64,000 nucleotides of DNA from Eledone cirrhosa (Eukaryota). The stretch spans positions 19,778,001 to 19,842,000 of the forward strand of contig OZ024755.1 of NCBI GenBank assembly GCA_964016885.1, written 5' to 3'. The notes beneath the pieces are model-generated. The model saw nothing but the letters and a program-made list of their open reading frames with translations, did not search any database and had not been told where the DNA came from. Positions 52,846 through 64,000 of the stretch are shown here, piece after piece; the stretch's first letter is position 1, and each line of letters starts with the position of its first letter. A program made the position numbers and the translations under genes.

Positions 52846-55075
52846 TAGGATGAGAAATAAAAGATGAAATAGACAGATAGAGACTGAGAAAGAGAAAAAA
52901 GTGTGACATAAGTGTGGCATGGCAAACCCTTTGAACTTCAGGTACAGCTCAATGTTTTCCAGTCGAGTGGACTGGAGTAACGTGAAATAATAAAGTATTT
53001 TGCTAAAGCACAGAACACACTTACGGGAATCGAATTCACGATCTTACGATTGTAAACCAAACACTATCTTCACACACATATTTAGAGTTAAATAAATAAA
53101 TTGAATATAATATTGATAGAAGAGTTGATATGGTTTTCATGTAGACTGCATTAAAATTTAGATCGACGAAAATAGTTTTGAAGAAAGATAGAAAAGCGAA
53201 AGTTGTGCAGATGTAAATGAATTTGTAATGTATAATTCTTTCGTAGCAACAGGCAACATCAACAGAGAATGAAGATGGATAAAATATATATATAAATAGG
53301 GTCAAAGTTATGAAGTAGTTAGCTTAGACGAGTTTTGTTGCAGTCTGGTGTTAACAGCATCGCCGATATTTGATATAGATTAATTTAACACATTATTAGC
53401 GACAGATAGTGAACAGACGGGTAGAAATGTATAGATAGATATATAGTTATAGTAGGGATATACTGAGCGAAAGAGAGAGAAAAAGAGAGACAGGGCGATA
53501 GAATGAGTTATATAGGTAGAGAGAGAGAGGTGGAGGCTAGAGAGAGAGATGTGGAGAAACGCGTGAATGATTAAGGGGAGAGCTAGGTTGAGAAGTGTGT
53601 GTACAGGTAGAACGTTAGCAACAGCCAGCTGTTAAATTAATCCTTGTTCTTGATTAATGGATCGAAGATGTTGTTTAACATCAGGTCAAACATGATAGCG
53701 GAAACATATGCCGTAAAATAAAATGTTTTCCACCCGTGACCATCATAACGTTTTTGTATATGTATAACTTAATTATCTAATGTGTGTTTTTAGAAGGAGT
53801 AGAGTGTAATTCAAAGGAATGTGACTGCTATTTCTAGCAGGGCAAGCGAATGCGCAAAGAACACTCCTTGGATAGATGATAGTTTGTAAATATTTAGCCC
53901 CATGTCAGCTTTGATCAAAATATGTTTAATGGTGCTCCAGCCGTAATCATACCTTCTTTATCCAAAGTGCAGGGCACCCTGGACCACATTATATGGTGGA
54001 TTGGCAAAATCGGTCGAGCATCGGAGACAACATGCTTTGTAGCATTGAGTTATGGTCCCGCCGAGGTTAACTTTGCCTTTTATTCTTACGGAGTCGATAA
54101 AATAAAGTACCAGTAATGCACTGGGGAAATTGTTGGCCTTGTGCCAAAAGTAGAAACCATTATATGATTCAATGTGTGATTTTATTACATGAAAGGGTAT
54201 ATGTGCTTTGAGAGAGGTTCAAGTAATATTACTGGATAGTTGAACAGCAACTAAGGGTGTCCTCTTTGAAAAGATAAATGTCTGTATGATGTTTGTGATA
54301 GAATATACGAAGTGGGGGAGGCAATGAATTGGCAGAATATCCGAAAAGTGCCTTGCGTCATTCGTTCCAGCTCTCTACATTCTCAGTTCAAATCTTAGTC
54401 ATGGTTAACTATGCTTTTCATAATTTCATTACACTTATGTTAGGTTGAATCTTCCAACTCTCTTTTCCTCTTAAGATGTTTTTTATTTACAGTTCAAGCG
54501 AGGAAGAAAAGGCAGTAGCTATGATCCTTTTCAGGGTCTCAGAGATTTAAGGGAGTGTGGCGAGCGGAAGGAAGTTATCCTAAAATCGGAAACTTGGCCC
54601 AAATTCTTGCAACAGAGATGAATTCCATAACAAGTAGTCAAGCGTTAGGTCGTGATGTTAAACCGGGCAAGACATGATACCAGGTTTCAAAGGCCTATCT
54701 TTGGGACATGACATCATGCTTATTCGACCTGATAATTGGATTAAGCTTACACGTGTGAGTGGAATACTCACTTACACAATTTCACAGCAACTGCTCGCCA
54801 CGTTTCTCGGTCCATATGGGTATTTCATCCGATTTTCTAAATTATCATAGCAATGAATCGATTGTGGTCACCGTGATGTACGAGGTTTGAGATTTCTATA
54901 TTTGCTAAGATTATATACACACACAAAATCCGTTAGGTGAAACAGGTGTCCTCGGAGATGGTTTGCTAATGTGTTATGGAACTCACTTTATACCGAACTC
55001 GTCCTATGGACTGAGTACGCTATCTACTACGGATATAACCACCCAGTGTTCTCTCTCTCTCATGTATATATATAT

Positions 55076-55340
55076 ATATCAATAATATTAAGAAATGGAA
55101 AATATCTTTATAAAATCATATTTATTTTATTATACGTATTTCAAGGGTACTAATATTTAAGTACGCTTTCGTCATTAGTACCCTTGAAATACGTATAATA
55201 AAATAAATATGGTTTTATAAAGATATTTTCCATTTATTAATATTATTGATATTAATGATACTCCGGATAAACTCGTTGAGTTCTTCAAATCTGTTGTAAA
55301 TTAACTTTGTTGAATAATCAACAAACCAAATAACTCATTG
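55076..55340 (-). mobile_element. Family C diverged fold-back C4 (arms 55076-55154 / 55174-55252) plus right tail
   Basis: Minus strand reads TGACGA-AAG-C-GTACT-TAAATATT-AGTAC-C-CTT-GAAATACGTATA-ATAAAATA. Confidence 0.8.
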
Positions 55341-55442
55341 TTTTTAGAGAGAGAGAGAGAGAGGAAGAGAGAGAGAGAGAGAGGGAGAGAGAGAGAGAGA
55401 GGGGGAGAGAGTGAGATAGAGAGAGATAGAGAGAGAGAGAGG

Positions 55443-55654
55443 AGCGCATGGCTGATTGGTTAGAAAACTGGATTCGTAATCGTGCGGTTGTCAGTTCGAT
55501 TCCTGGACCAGGCGACGCGTTATGTCCTTGAGCAAGACACTTTATTTCACGTTGCTCCTTCTACCTGGAGTTGCGACCGATAGATAGTAATAGCAACTGG
55601 AAAGACCAGCGGAAACATTGTTTCCTCGGTCAAATTTGACGAAAGTCGATCGAT

Positions 55655-55656
<2 letters not shown>
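55443..55656 (+). mobile_element. Second tRNA-derived SINE family
   Basis: A-box TGGCTGATTGG, B-box-like AGTTCGATTCC and TGTCCTTGAGCAAGACACTT core. Other copies at 7791 and ~52940-53070 (minus). Confidence 0.75.
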
Positions 55657-55704
<48 letters not shown>

Positions 55705-55706
<2 letters not shown>

Positions 55707-56052
55707 TTGGTGCTCTGAAATACCTATATATATATGAATGTATATACAGTGTATTTTGTAATACACTGTATGCTTAATTAAAAGCATTTCGAAGACCTTA
55801 TGCTATTGTTTTAGAGTAGTGACAGACTCACTTTAATTTCAGCAAACAGGGGGAGATAAAGCTGACAAGGCCTTGTTTCGCATTTATTGATGCTTATCAA
55901 AGCCAACTACTCCTCCTGTTTGCTGAAATCATGGATGTTTGGTTCTTATAGAATTCTAGTAAGTAATCAGGAACTGATTATACAGAGCGTTTGCCGGTCA
56001 AGCAGAAATTGAAAATTATAATTGGTGCTCTGAAATAGCTATATATATATGA

Positions 56053-56061
<9 letters not shown>
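55705..56061 (-). mobile_element. Family L element: 42-bp flanking direct repeat, internal inverted repeat and degenerate hammerhead (55861-55903)
   Basis: Minus strand reads GCT-TTGATAA-GCAT-CAATAA-ATGC-GAA-ACAAG-GC-CTTGT-C-AGC. ATTTCAGCAAACAGG is inverted to CCTGTTTGCTGAAAT. Confidence 0.6.
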
Positions 56062-56104
<43 letters not shown>

Positions 56105-56107
<3 letters not shown>

Positions 56108-56477
56108 AAGTTATATTTAAAATTGTTGGGTTACAACTAGTAAATATTTATAACTGATATAAAAGCACTCGACAAATATTTGGAGTATATTTACAATATT
56201 AAATAAATGGAAAACTATATTTATAAAACCATATTTATTTCATTATATATATTTCGGGGATATCATATTAACAATATGCTATGCCTTCATCAGACAAAAT
56301 ACAATATAAACAGTTTTATAGATATGTCTTTACGGTATGTCGAATATATTTATCTATAAAACTGTTTATATTGTATTTTGTCTGATGAAGGCATAGCATA
56401 TTGTTAATATGATATCCCCGAAATATATATAATGAAATAAATATGGTTTTATAAATATAGTTTTCCATTTATTTAAT

Positions 56478-56483
<6 letters not shown>
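56105..56483 (+). mobile_element. Family C diverged fold-back C5 (arms 56192-56324 / 56351-56483), hammerhead motif 56374-56439
   Basis: 133-bp arms; CTGATGA-AGG..CATATT-GTT-AATATG..CC-GAAATATATATA. Confidence 0.88.
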
Positions 56484-56518
<35 letters not shown>

Positions 56519-56619
56519 CGAGAAAGTATGTCGGCAAAAATCATAAATAGATATTTGGAAATAGTTAATGTGGCATGATTTTGACGTAATAAGATATGTT
56601 CATCTTTACTGAAAGATAG

Positions 56620-57326
56620 CTATAAGTAGATAATTATTTCTACTGTTGGCACAAGGCCAGCAAATTCACCAGTACATTACTGGTACTTTATTTTATCAAC
56701 CCTGTAAGGATGAAAGGCTATAAGTAGATAATTATTTCTACTGTTGGCACAAGGCCAGCAAATTTACCAGTACATTACTGGTACTTTATTTTATCAACCC
56801 TGTAAGGATGAAAGGCTATAAGTAGATAATTATTTCTACTGTTGGCACAAGGCCAGCAATCCACCAGTACATTACTGGTACTTTATTTTATGAACCCCGT
56901 AAGGATGAAAGGCTATAAGTAGATAATTATTTCTACGTTAGGCACAAGGCCAGCAATCCACCAGTGCATTACTGGTACTTTATTTTATCGACCCCGTAAG
57001 GATGAAAGGCAAAGTTAACCTAGGCGGGATTTGAACTCAGAATGGCAAGGGCCGTAACTCTATACGTCAAAGCATGGCGTCCGACCCTCTCCCAATATTG
57101 CCAATCCACCGCCCTATAAGTAGATAATTGTTTCTACTTTAGGCACAAGGCCAGCAATTACCCAGTGCATTACTGGTACTTTATTTTATCGACCCCGTAA
57201 GGATGAAAGGCAAAGTCAACCTCGGCGGGATTTGAACTCAGATCGTAAAGGGACGTAACTATGCTGGAAAGCATGGCGTCCGACCCTCTACCGATACTGC
57301 CAATCCACGCCCTATAAGTAGATAAT
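56620..57326 (-). mobile_element. Array of five Nin/Deu SINE units (3 truncated, 2 full) each bounded by CTATAAGTAGATAAT
   Basis: The 15-mer occurs at 56620, 56718, 56816, 56913, 57114 and 57312. Confidence 0.9.
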
Positions 57327-57954
57327 GTTTACATAATAGGAGTGAGGTATTCACCTACGGTAAGGCTGATAGCTACAATACATTCATTTATTCAATCGTA
57401 CATAGCCCTAACCTTAAGTGTTGCTTACTGAGCTAGAAGTGTCACGGAAAAGTCAGTAAGCGAACTGTAGTCTTTCTAAAGCATGCTGAATCAAAAGCTA
57501 TTACAGCGTTGGTATGGGCGAGAAGACTACAAGAGAAACGAACAAGCAGTAACAGTGAAATCTTTCCTGCAGGTTGTCTCGTTCAACCGGACATTTAATA
57601 ATTTAGTGATACGAATCAGCAATGAAGCCTCTACCTACGCGATTGCCCGACCTGCTAGAAATAACAGTCAAATCTTCTTCAAAACCTATAACATGTATAG
57701 TAGTTAGATATAACAAGACCTACGATTACAACAGTAACGCCTTTACATATATGTCTGTCTGGTCAGGACTGTCCTGTGGCTAAACAACAACGACGACGAC
57801 AGCAACATCGCGCGAGATGGAATCGAAGAGATCCTTTCTCTTTGAAATTAAAATAGCTGTTACTACAAGGTTGATATTCTAGTAAGGATCTGCTGACCCT
57901 GTCAATAATTGTTTCTACTTTAGGCACAAGGCCAGCAATTATCCAGTGCATTAA

Positions 57955-58075
57955 TAATAACAGTAAATATATTTATATTTAATAACAGTAAATATATTTA
58001 TATTTAATAACAGTAAATATATTTATATTTAATAACAGTAAATATATTTATATTTAATAACAGTAAACATATTTA
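57955..58075. repeat. 25-bp minisatellite TAATAACAGTAAATATATTTATATT
   Basis: About 5 units. Confidence 0.9.
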
Positions 58076-59022
58076 TCGTAAATAAATTTATCCAAGAAAA
58101 TAAACTGTAAATTATCGGCACCAGTTTGTATCGCTCGCACGTCACAAATACTTGTTTATACTTTTGGCACAAAGCCAGTAAATACCCCAGTGCATTACTG
58201 GTACTTTATTTCATCAATCCCGTAAGGATGAAAGGCAAAGTTAACCTCGGCGGGATTTGACCTCAGAAAGTAAAGGGCCACAACTCGATGTTGCAAAGCA
58301 TGGCGTCCGACGCTCTACCAATACTACCGATCCAATAGTTATTCTCAAGGATTGTGGATTGGCAGAATTGGTAGAGCGTCTAAATTAATGCGATTTCAAT
58401 ATTGTTCTTTTTCATTGAATTCCGAGTTCTATCATTTTTGGATCGATAAAATAATGTATCAATCAAGTTTTGGGGTTGATTGAATCAACTTTGCTCTGCC
58501 ACAAATTTACTGACTTTGGTGACTAAATTAAACATCAATATTAGCTATTCACAAGGGTGGGGGATTGGCAGACCACCTGTCAGTTAAAATGCTATTGTAG
58601 TATTTTGTTTGGGCTCTTTACACTCCCACCGACGTCAACTGCGGAATTTCTAACCCCGAGATCGATAAAATAAAGCACAAAACAAGTATTGGGTTGATTG
58701 AATCAATGTTACCCTTGCTTTATATTTTCTGGTCTTATGGCGAACTTCGAAAACAATATTATCTCTTCTATTACACAGCACCAGTCTAGAATCAGGGCTA
58801 CGGGTTCGATAAAAAAATGTCTTATTCGAAAATCGATATCACTTCGAATCCCTTCAGATGTTATATTGGGCTGCTTCAATCTTTTCTCTGTTCATCCAAG
58901 TTGTACATCACATCAGAATCACTATTATGGATGTAAGAAAATATAATGTGCCAAATTCAATATATCACTAAATCAAATATTTCAGTGCTGAGAGTTCACA
59001 TATTTAATGAAACACACACATC

Positions 59023-59104
<82 letters not shown>

Positions 59105-59108
<4 letters not shown>

Positions 59109-59575
59109 CAGAGGCAATAAACATAAAAGAATTACAACCAAAATTAAATAGAAAATATGAGTGGAACAGCAACATCACAACTTACAATTAAGGACAAAAT
59201 GAAAACACACACACACATAGAACAAACAATCAACCAATAACATGTAAATAAATAAACAAATAGATAAATGAACACAAATACACACAGACACCTGGATGTG
59301 GCGCATGCGCAAACTGAGCACACAACACACACACAGAAACAAAATGGCGTAGGACAGAAGAAAGGAAAGGCACAGAAACAAAGAAAGGAATCCCCAGTCA
59401 CTGAAGAGGTCACAGAGTGTGTGACGAAAGGACTATGACTATATATATAAACAACTATCTGGTTGTGGAACCAACCAACCAACCAGAAATTTATAAATTT
59501 ATAAATATATAATAAATTGAAGTGAAAGCAACTGGTGCGTGTGTTTCTTATTGGCAACACGACCCTCCCAAAGTA
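59105..59575 (+). mobile_element. Family K element K4: 3' end of a Penelope-like retroelement (GIY-YIG-like C-terminus plus pLTR)
   Basis: 59105-59191 encodes ITEAINIKELQPKLNRKYEWNSNITTYN*, matching the E-x-x-x-I-x4-P-x-L-N ending of PLE endonucleases, and is followed by a hammerhead. Confidence 0.75.
59396..59440 (+). ncRNA. Minimal type I hammerhead ribozyme (K4)
   Basis: AGTCA-CTGAAGA-G-GTCACA-GAGTG-TGTGAC-GAA-AG-GA-CT-A-TGACT: all three stems pair and the core is intact. Confidence 0.8.
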
Positions 59576-59789
59576 TAACAATATCGGTTTAAACACACGA
59601 TTTCAGATAAAGAATCTTGCTAAACAAATTCAGAAACGAAATATATATATATATATAAACTTAAAGGAGGTCATTCAGACTGGCAACAACTGGCTCTGAC
59701 CGCCTTCAGGTCTTAAACATTTCTCTCTTCTTTTCAGCCCTTTGGATTGTGTCTACCATTATTATATTCCTTTATTAGATAATTTTCGT

Positions 59790-59849
59790 AACACCTGATG
59801 ATGTCACCGGGTTCATGCAGAACCCCGTCATTGAAATGTGCATAGTGTT
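59790..59849 (+). ncRNA. Hammerhead ribozyme motif, family J (element ~59657-59899)
   Basis: AACAC-CTGATGA-TGTC-ACCGGGTTC-ATGCA-GAACCCCGT-CATT-GAA-ATGTGCAT-A-GTGTT. Confidence 0.72.
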
Positions 59850-59896
59850 TATAATAAATCTTTAAGGAATTTCACCAGTCCAACCTCCTGTCATTT

Positions 59897-59978
<82 letters not shown>

Positions 59979-60265
59979 TGATATCTGCAACTCGATTTCG
60001 AGTAAAGACTAGGAGTCTCTCCCTCCACAAAAAAAGCTTTATTGGATGGCCGTTGACTCCCGAGTTCTTCCGCCTTTTGACGAGTTTTGTTTTTCACCTC
60101 GCAGCGTGTCCAAAATGACCCTCCTCACCAAGCAAGTTTGGTGGGGTTACCACAGTTTAGTCGTCGACGACCTGACCGAGCATAGGTTCTACTGGGTTAC
60201 ATGTTACCAGTAGCGCATTATATACATTATATATATATCTACTTTTATATATGTGGTTATGAATG

Positions 60266-60586
60266 CAAAGCAAGATAGCGGATATGATTTCATTGCTGGC
60301 ACGGTGACAGTGGCCAGCAAATTGAGCTCTCCGGGATTTTAGAAGGGCAGAGGTTCGAGGGAGTTTGCCATAGATTTTAGACAAGGTGGGATGTCGTTTC
60401 CAGGATAGGTTTTGCACTCTCTTGCTCTGGAACACTGACTAGGAGTAGGAAGCTGTCATTCCCTGACGTTATCTCTAGGGATACGGGAATCAGCAGACAG
60501 GACCTGGGGGCAGCGATGGGGGACAGGGGATTCTGGGGCATGAGAGTGAGATCCATCATCTCGACAGTAGACGACGAGTGATGATG
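60266..60586 (+). mobile_element. Short RTE-like LINE 3' fragment with 5' inversion
   Basis: 19-bp TSD ATATATGTGGTTATGAATG (60247-60265, 60587-60605). Minus half encodes SWKRHPT..RRAQFAGHCHR; plus half encodes FPDVISRDTG..AMGDRGFW and ends in a (TGA)n tail. Confidence 0.85.
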
Positions 60587-61093
60587 ATATATGTGGTTAT
60601 GAATGAGAGTGAAAGAGAACGGAATTTAAGCAACGGAATACAAACAGTGCCTTAGCTATATTTTAATTCCCCTACCGGCTACAGCGGGATTTGAACTCAG
60701 AAAACGAACAATGGAAATAAATACAGAAAATCCACAACAATCAGAACAAACGAATTTGTTTAAGAAGTTTGTTTCACAACCATATATATGTCTACAGTGT
60801 CGATCCGACTGGGCGGCATATAGGTTTTCTTCCGTTGCCTTGAATAAACCAATACTTTTCAAGTAGAATTTGCTCAACGGAAATTGTGTGAATATTTTGT
60901 AATTCTGCAGTAGATATTTATACAATTTCCTGGTTACATCATACATCTATGCATGTGTTCCTGGTCTACGTTGACCTTTGGCTAGTATATTCGAAATGCA
61001 GTTATTATGTAACTTGTTTATTTTGTTAATTCCCTCAGCCTCCAGTTGCCAATATTATAACTATTTTAAATTATTATATCTTATTACAGAAAT

Positions 61094-61236
61094 GGCGGTG
61101 AATTGGCAGTATCGGTAGAGGGTTGGACGCCATGCTTTCTGAGTTCCAATCTCGCCTTTCATCCTTACGGGGTCGATAAAATGAAGTACCAGTAATGTAC
61201 TGGATAATTGCTGGCCTTATGCCTAAAGTAGAAACA
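61094..61236 (+). mobile_element. Internally deleted Nin/Deu SINE with 21-bp TSD
   Basis: ATTATATCTTATTACAGAAAT at 61073-61093 and 61237-61257. Confidence 0.9.
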
Positions 61237-61635
61237 ATTATATCTTATTACAGAAATAGCTAGAGTACTTATACATATTGTGGTATTTAAAGCAACTTCA
61301 AATATTCACTAAATACGTCTACAATATTCCTTTGACTTGCATTTGTTGAACTCTGGTTAGTTCATTAGTTCAAAGCGTCTGGGAGTCTTTGTTTCGATTA
61401 GTAGTCTCACGTTACAGGAAAATTAGAATCTAATATTAATTTGCCTTGGGTAATTTTTCGAACCTGAATTTCATAGCAATTCGCCAATCGAATCCATATA
61501 TAACGGTGATTGCATACATTCAATGAAGAACCTGAGGTCATACATATACAAATGCTGCTATTTTCGTTGTATTTGGTCTGATTTAAAATGTCGTCAAAAA
61601 GTGTTAGCCTTAGAAAGAGAGCCTGAACGGGAGCA

Positions 61636-61671
61636 AAGAGAGAGAGAGAGAGAAAGAGGGAGAGAGAGAAA

Positions 61672-61709
<38 letters not shown>

Positions 61710-63200
61710 AAGAGGGAGAGAGAAAGAGGGAGATGGAGAGAGAGAGAGAAAGAGAGGGAGAACGAGGGAGAGAGGGAGAAAGAGGGAGAAAGAGAGAAAT
61801 GGCAAGGAGAAAGGAGAGAAAGGGCAAAGAGAGAGGAGAGAAAGGGCAAAGAGAGAGGAGAGAAAGGGCAAAGAGAGAGGAGAGAAAGGGCAAAGAGAGA
61901 GGAGAGAAAGGGCAAAGAGAGAGGAGAGAAAGGGCAAAGAGAGAGGAGAGAAAGGGCAAGGAGAGAGGAGAGAAATGGCAAGGAGAGAGAAGAGAAAGGG
62001 CAAGGAAAGAGGAGAGAGGGCAAGGAAAGAGGAGAGAGGGCAAGGAAAGAGGAGAGAGGGCAAGGAAAGAGGAGAGAGGGCAAGGAAAGAGGAGAGAAGG
62101 CACGGAGAGAGGAGAGAGGGCAAGGAGAGAGGAGAGATGGCAAGGAGAGAGGAGAGATGGCAAGGAGAGAGGAGAGATGGCAAGGAGAGAGAGGAGAGAT
62201 GGCAAGGAGAGAGAGGAGAGATGGCAAGGAGAGTGCGAGCGATAGGGACAGAGGGCGCGAGAGGGAGAGAGAGAGAGCTGGAGACAGTGCGAGAGAGAGA
62301 GATCGTATAGAGCTATGGAGAGTGAGTGAGAGAGAGAGTGCGAGAGAGGAGGAGCGAGTGCGAGAGAGGAGGAGCGAGTGCGAGAGAGGAGGAGCGAGTG
62401 CGAGAGAAGAGTGAGATAGGGTGAAGGAGTACGAGAGAGGAGTGTGATAGGGTGAAGGAGTACGAGAGAGGAGTGAGATAGGGTGAAGGAGTGAGATAGG
62501 GTGAAGGAGTGAGAGAGAGGAGTGAGATAGGGTGAAGGAGTACGAGAGAGGAGTGAGATAGGGTGAAGGAGTGAGAGAGAGGAGTGAGATAGGGTGAAGG
62601 AGTACGAGAGAGGAGTGAGATAGGGTGAAGGAGTGAGATAGGGTGAAGGAGTGAGAGAGAGGAGTGAGATAGGGTGAAGGAGTGCGAGAGAGGAGTGAGA
62701 TAGGGTGAAGGAGTGAGATAGGGTGAAGGAGTGAGAGAGAGGAGTGAGATAGGGTGAAGGAGTGCGAGAGAGGAGTGAGATAGGGTGAAGGAGTACGAGA
62801 GAAGAGTGAGATAGGGTGAAGGAGTACGAGAGAAGAGTGAGATAGGGTGAAGGAGTACGAGAGAGGAGTGTGATAGGGTGAAGGAGTACGAGAGAGGAGT
62901 GAGATAGGGTGAAGGAGTACGAGAGAGGAGTGAGATAGGGTGAAGGAGTACGAGAGAAGAGTGAGATAGGGTGAAGGAGTGAGATAGGGTGAAGGAGTGA
63001 GACAGGGTGAAGGAGTGAGACAGGGTGAAGGAGTGAGATAGGGTGAAGGAGTACGAGAGAAGAGTGAGATAGGGTGAAGGAGTGAGATAGGGTGAAGGAG
63101 TGAGACAGGGTGAAGGAGTGAGATAGGGTGAAGGAGTACGAGAGAAGAGTGAGATAGGGTGAAGGAGTGCGAGAGAAGAGTGAGATAGGGTGAAGGAGAG
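61636..63200. repeat. Purine-rich compound minisatellite (20-22-bp GGCAAAGAGAGAGGAGAGAAAG units, then 18/30-bp GAGTGAGATAGGGTGAAG units)
   Basis: Direct reading; explains the long ORFs 61407-63278. Confidence 0.92.
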
Positions 63201-63571
63201 AATGCGATCTTGGACTATTAAAACCAGAGGCGTATAATTGTTATGATTCCCTCTGATGTTTGTATTTGAAGAATTCATAACATGCTTTACTTTACTGTTT
63301 CAACCTGAATGGTGTCTAATGTTTGAAGAGACTAAGAGGTGAGAATATTGTCAAAAGATATCTGGAAATCAATCCATACCAAGTTCAAATATGTTTTCCT
63401 ACTTGTATTGTCTTTGATTATAACTCGCTTGATAATTAGCAGATTTTACAATCCTCATACGAGTTTATAGCATCCTTTCTATTCTTCTCGATGTTTTATC
63501 AATGTTATTGGAGCTAAAAAGGGCGATGGATTGGCAGTAATCGATAAAGTGCCAGGAAACATGCTCTACTG

Positions 63572-63835
63572 CAGGCATGACAAACAGGCGACCCTTTACA
63601 AGCACACCTGCGGCCCGCACAAAGGTTTTTACAGCGCGAGCATGTTTTATCTTCGTAGTATAAAATTAAAAAAATATGTTGTAATGTGCGCAATTAGTTG
63701 TCGTGTGTGGCCCTCAGACAACACGTGTGACCCATGTGGCCCTCAGACAGCAGATATGTGAACCATGTGGCCCTCCTCAGACAACACATGTGTGACCTAT
63801 CTGGCCCTCGAGGGACCCTCAGTTTTACACGCCTG
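63572..63835. mobile_element. hAT (Charlie-like) MITE nested in a Nin/Deu SINE (~63520-63990)
   Basis: Perfect 8-bp TSD CTCTACTG (63564-63571, 63836-63843), TIRs CAGGCATGACAAAC / GTTTTACACGCCTG, TGGCCCTC subterminal repeats. Confidence 0.88.
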
Positions 63836-64000
63836 CTCTACTGCATATGGTTACCTCTTTTTACGTTCTGAGTTTAAGTCTCACCGAGGTTAACTTTGCT
63901 AAAATAAAATACCAGTAACGTACTGGGATCGATTTAATCGACTATCCCCTCTCCCAAAATTATTAGCCTTGTGCCATAATCAGTAACCCACTGGAAACGA

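Noticed and set aside
61407-63278. Long ORFs of 200-321 aa
   Set aside because: They lie wholly in purine-rich minisatellites and are open on both strands; low-complexity artefacts.

Overview
AT-rich, microsatellite-dense eukaryotic DNA, most consistent with a cephalopod (octopus-like) intergenic or intronic region; the organism is inferred from the repeat content only. Nearly all ORFs in the track are simple-repeat artefacts. The one convincing protein-coding stretch is a young, 5'-truncated RTE-clade LINE (12107-14778) with an endonuclease tail, reverse transcriptase, PHD-like finger and (GAT)n tail. The window also has more than 30 copies of a tRNA-derived Nin/Deu-domain SINE, a second SINE family, hAT and mariner-type MITEs, an internally inverted RTE fragment with a 19-bp TSD, and several minisatellites. 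The main unexplained signal is about 30 short (100-500 bp) insertions from about 12 unrelated sequence families (my labels A-M), almost all inside (TA)n tracts. Many are asymmetric fold-backs (long inverted repeat plus a one-sided tail), and most carry a type I hammerhead ribozyme motif with visible stem covariation between copies. One copy retains a GIY-YIG-like C-terminus, pointing to Penelope-like retroelements (PLEs). The tails of unrelated families share a TTGAGT-like motif. Coordinates were counted by eye and repeat ends may be off by a few bases.
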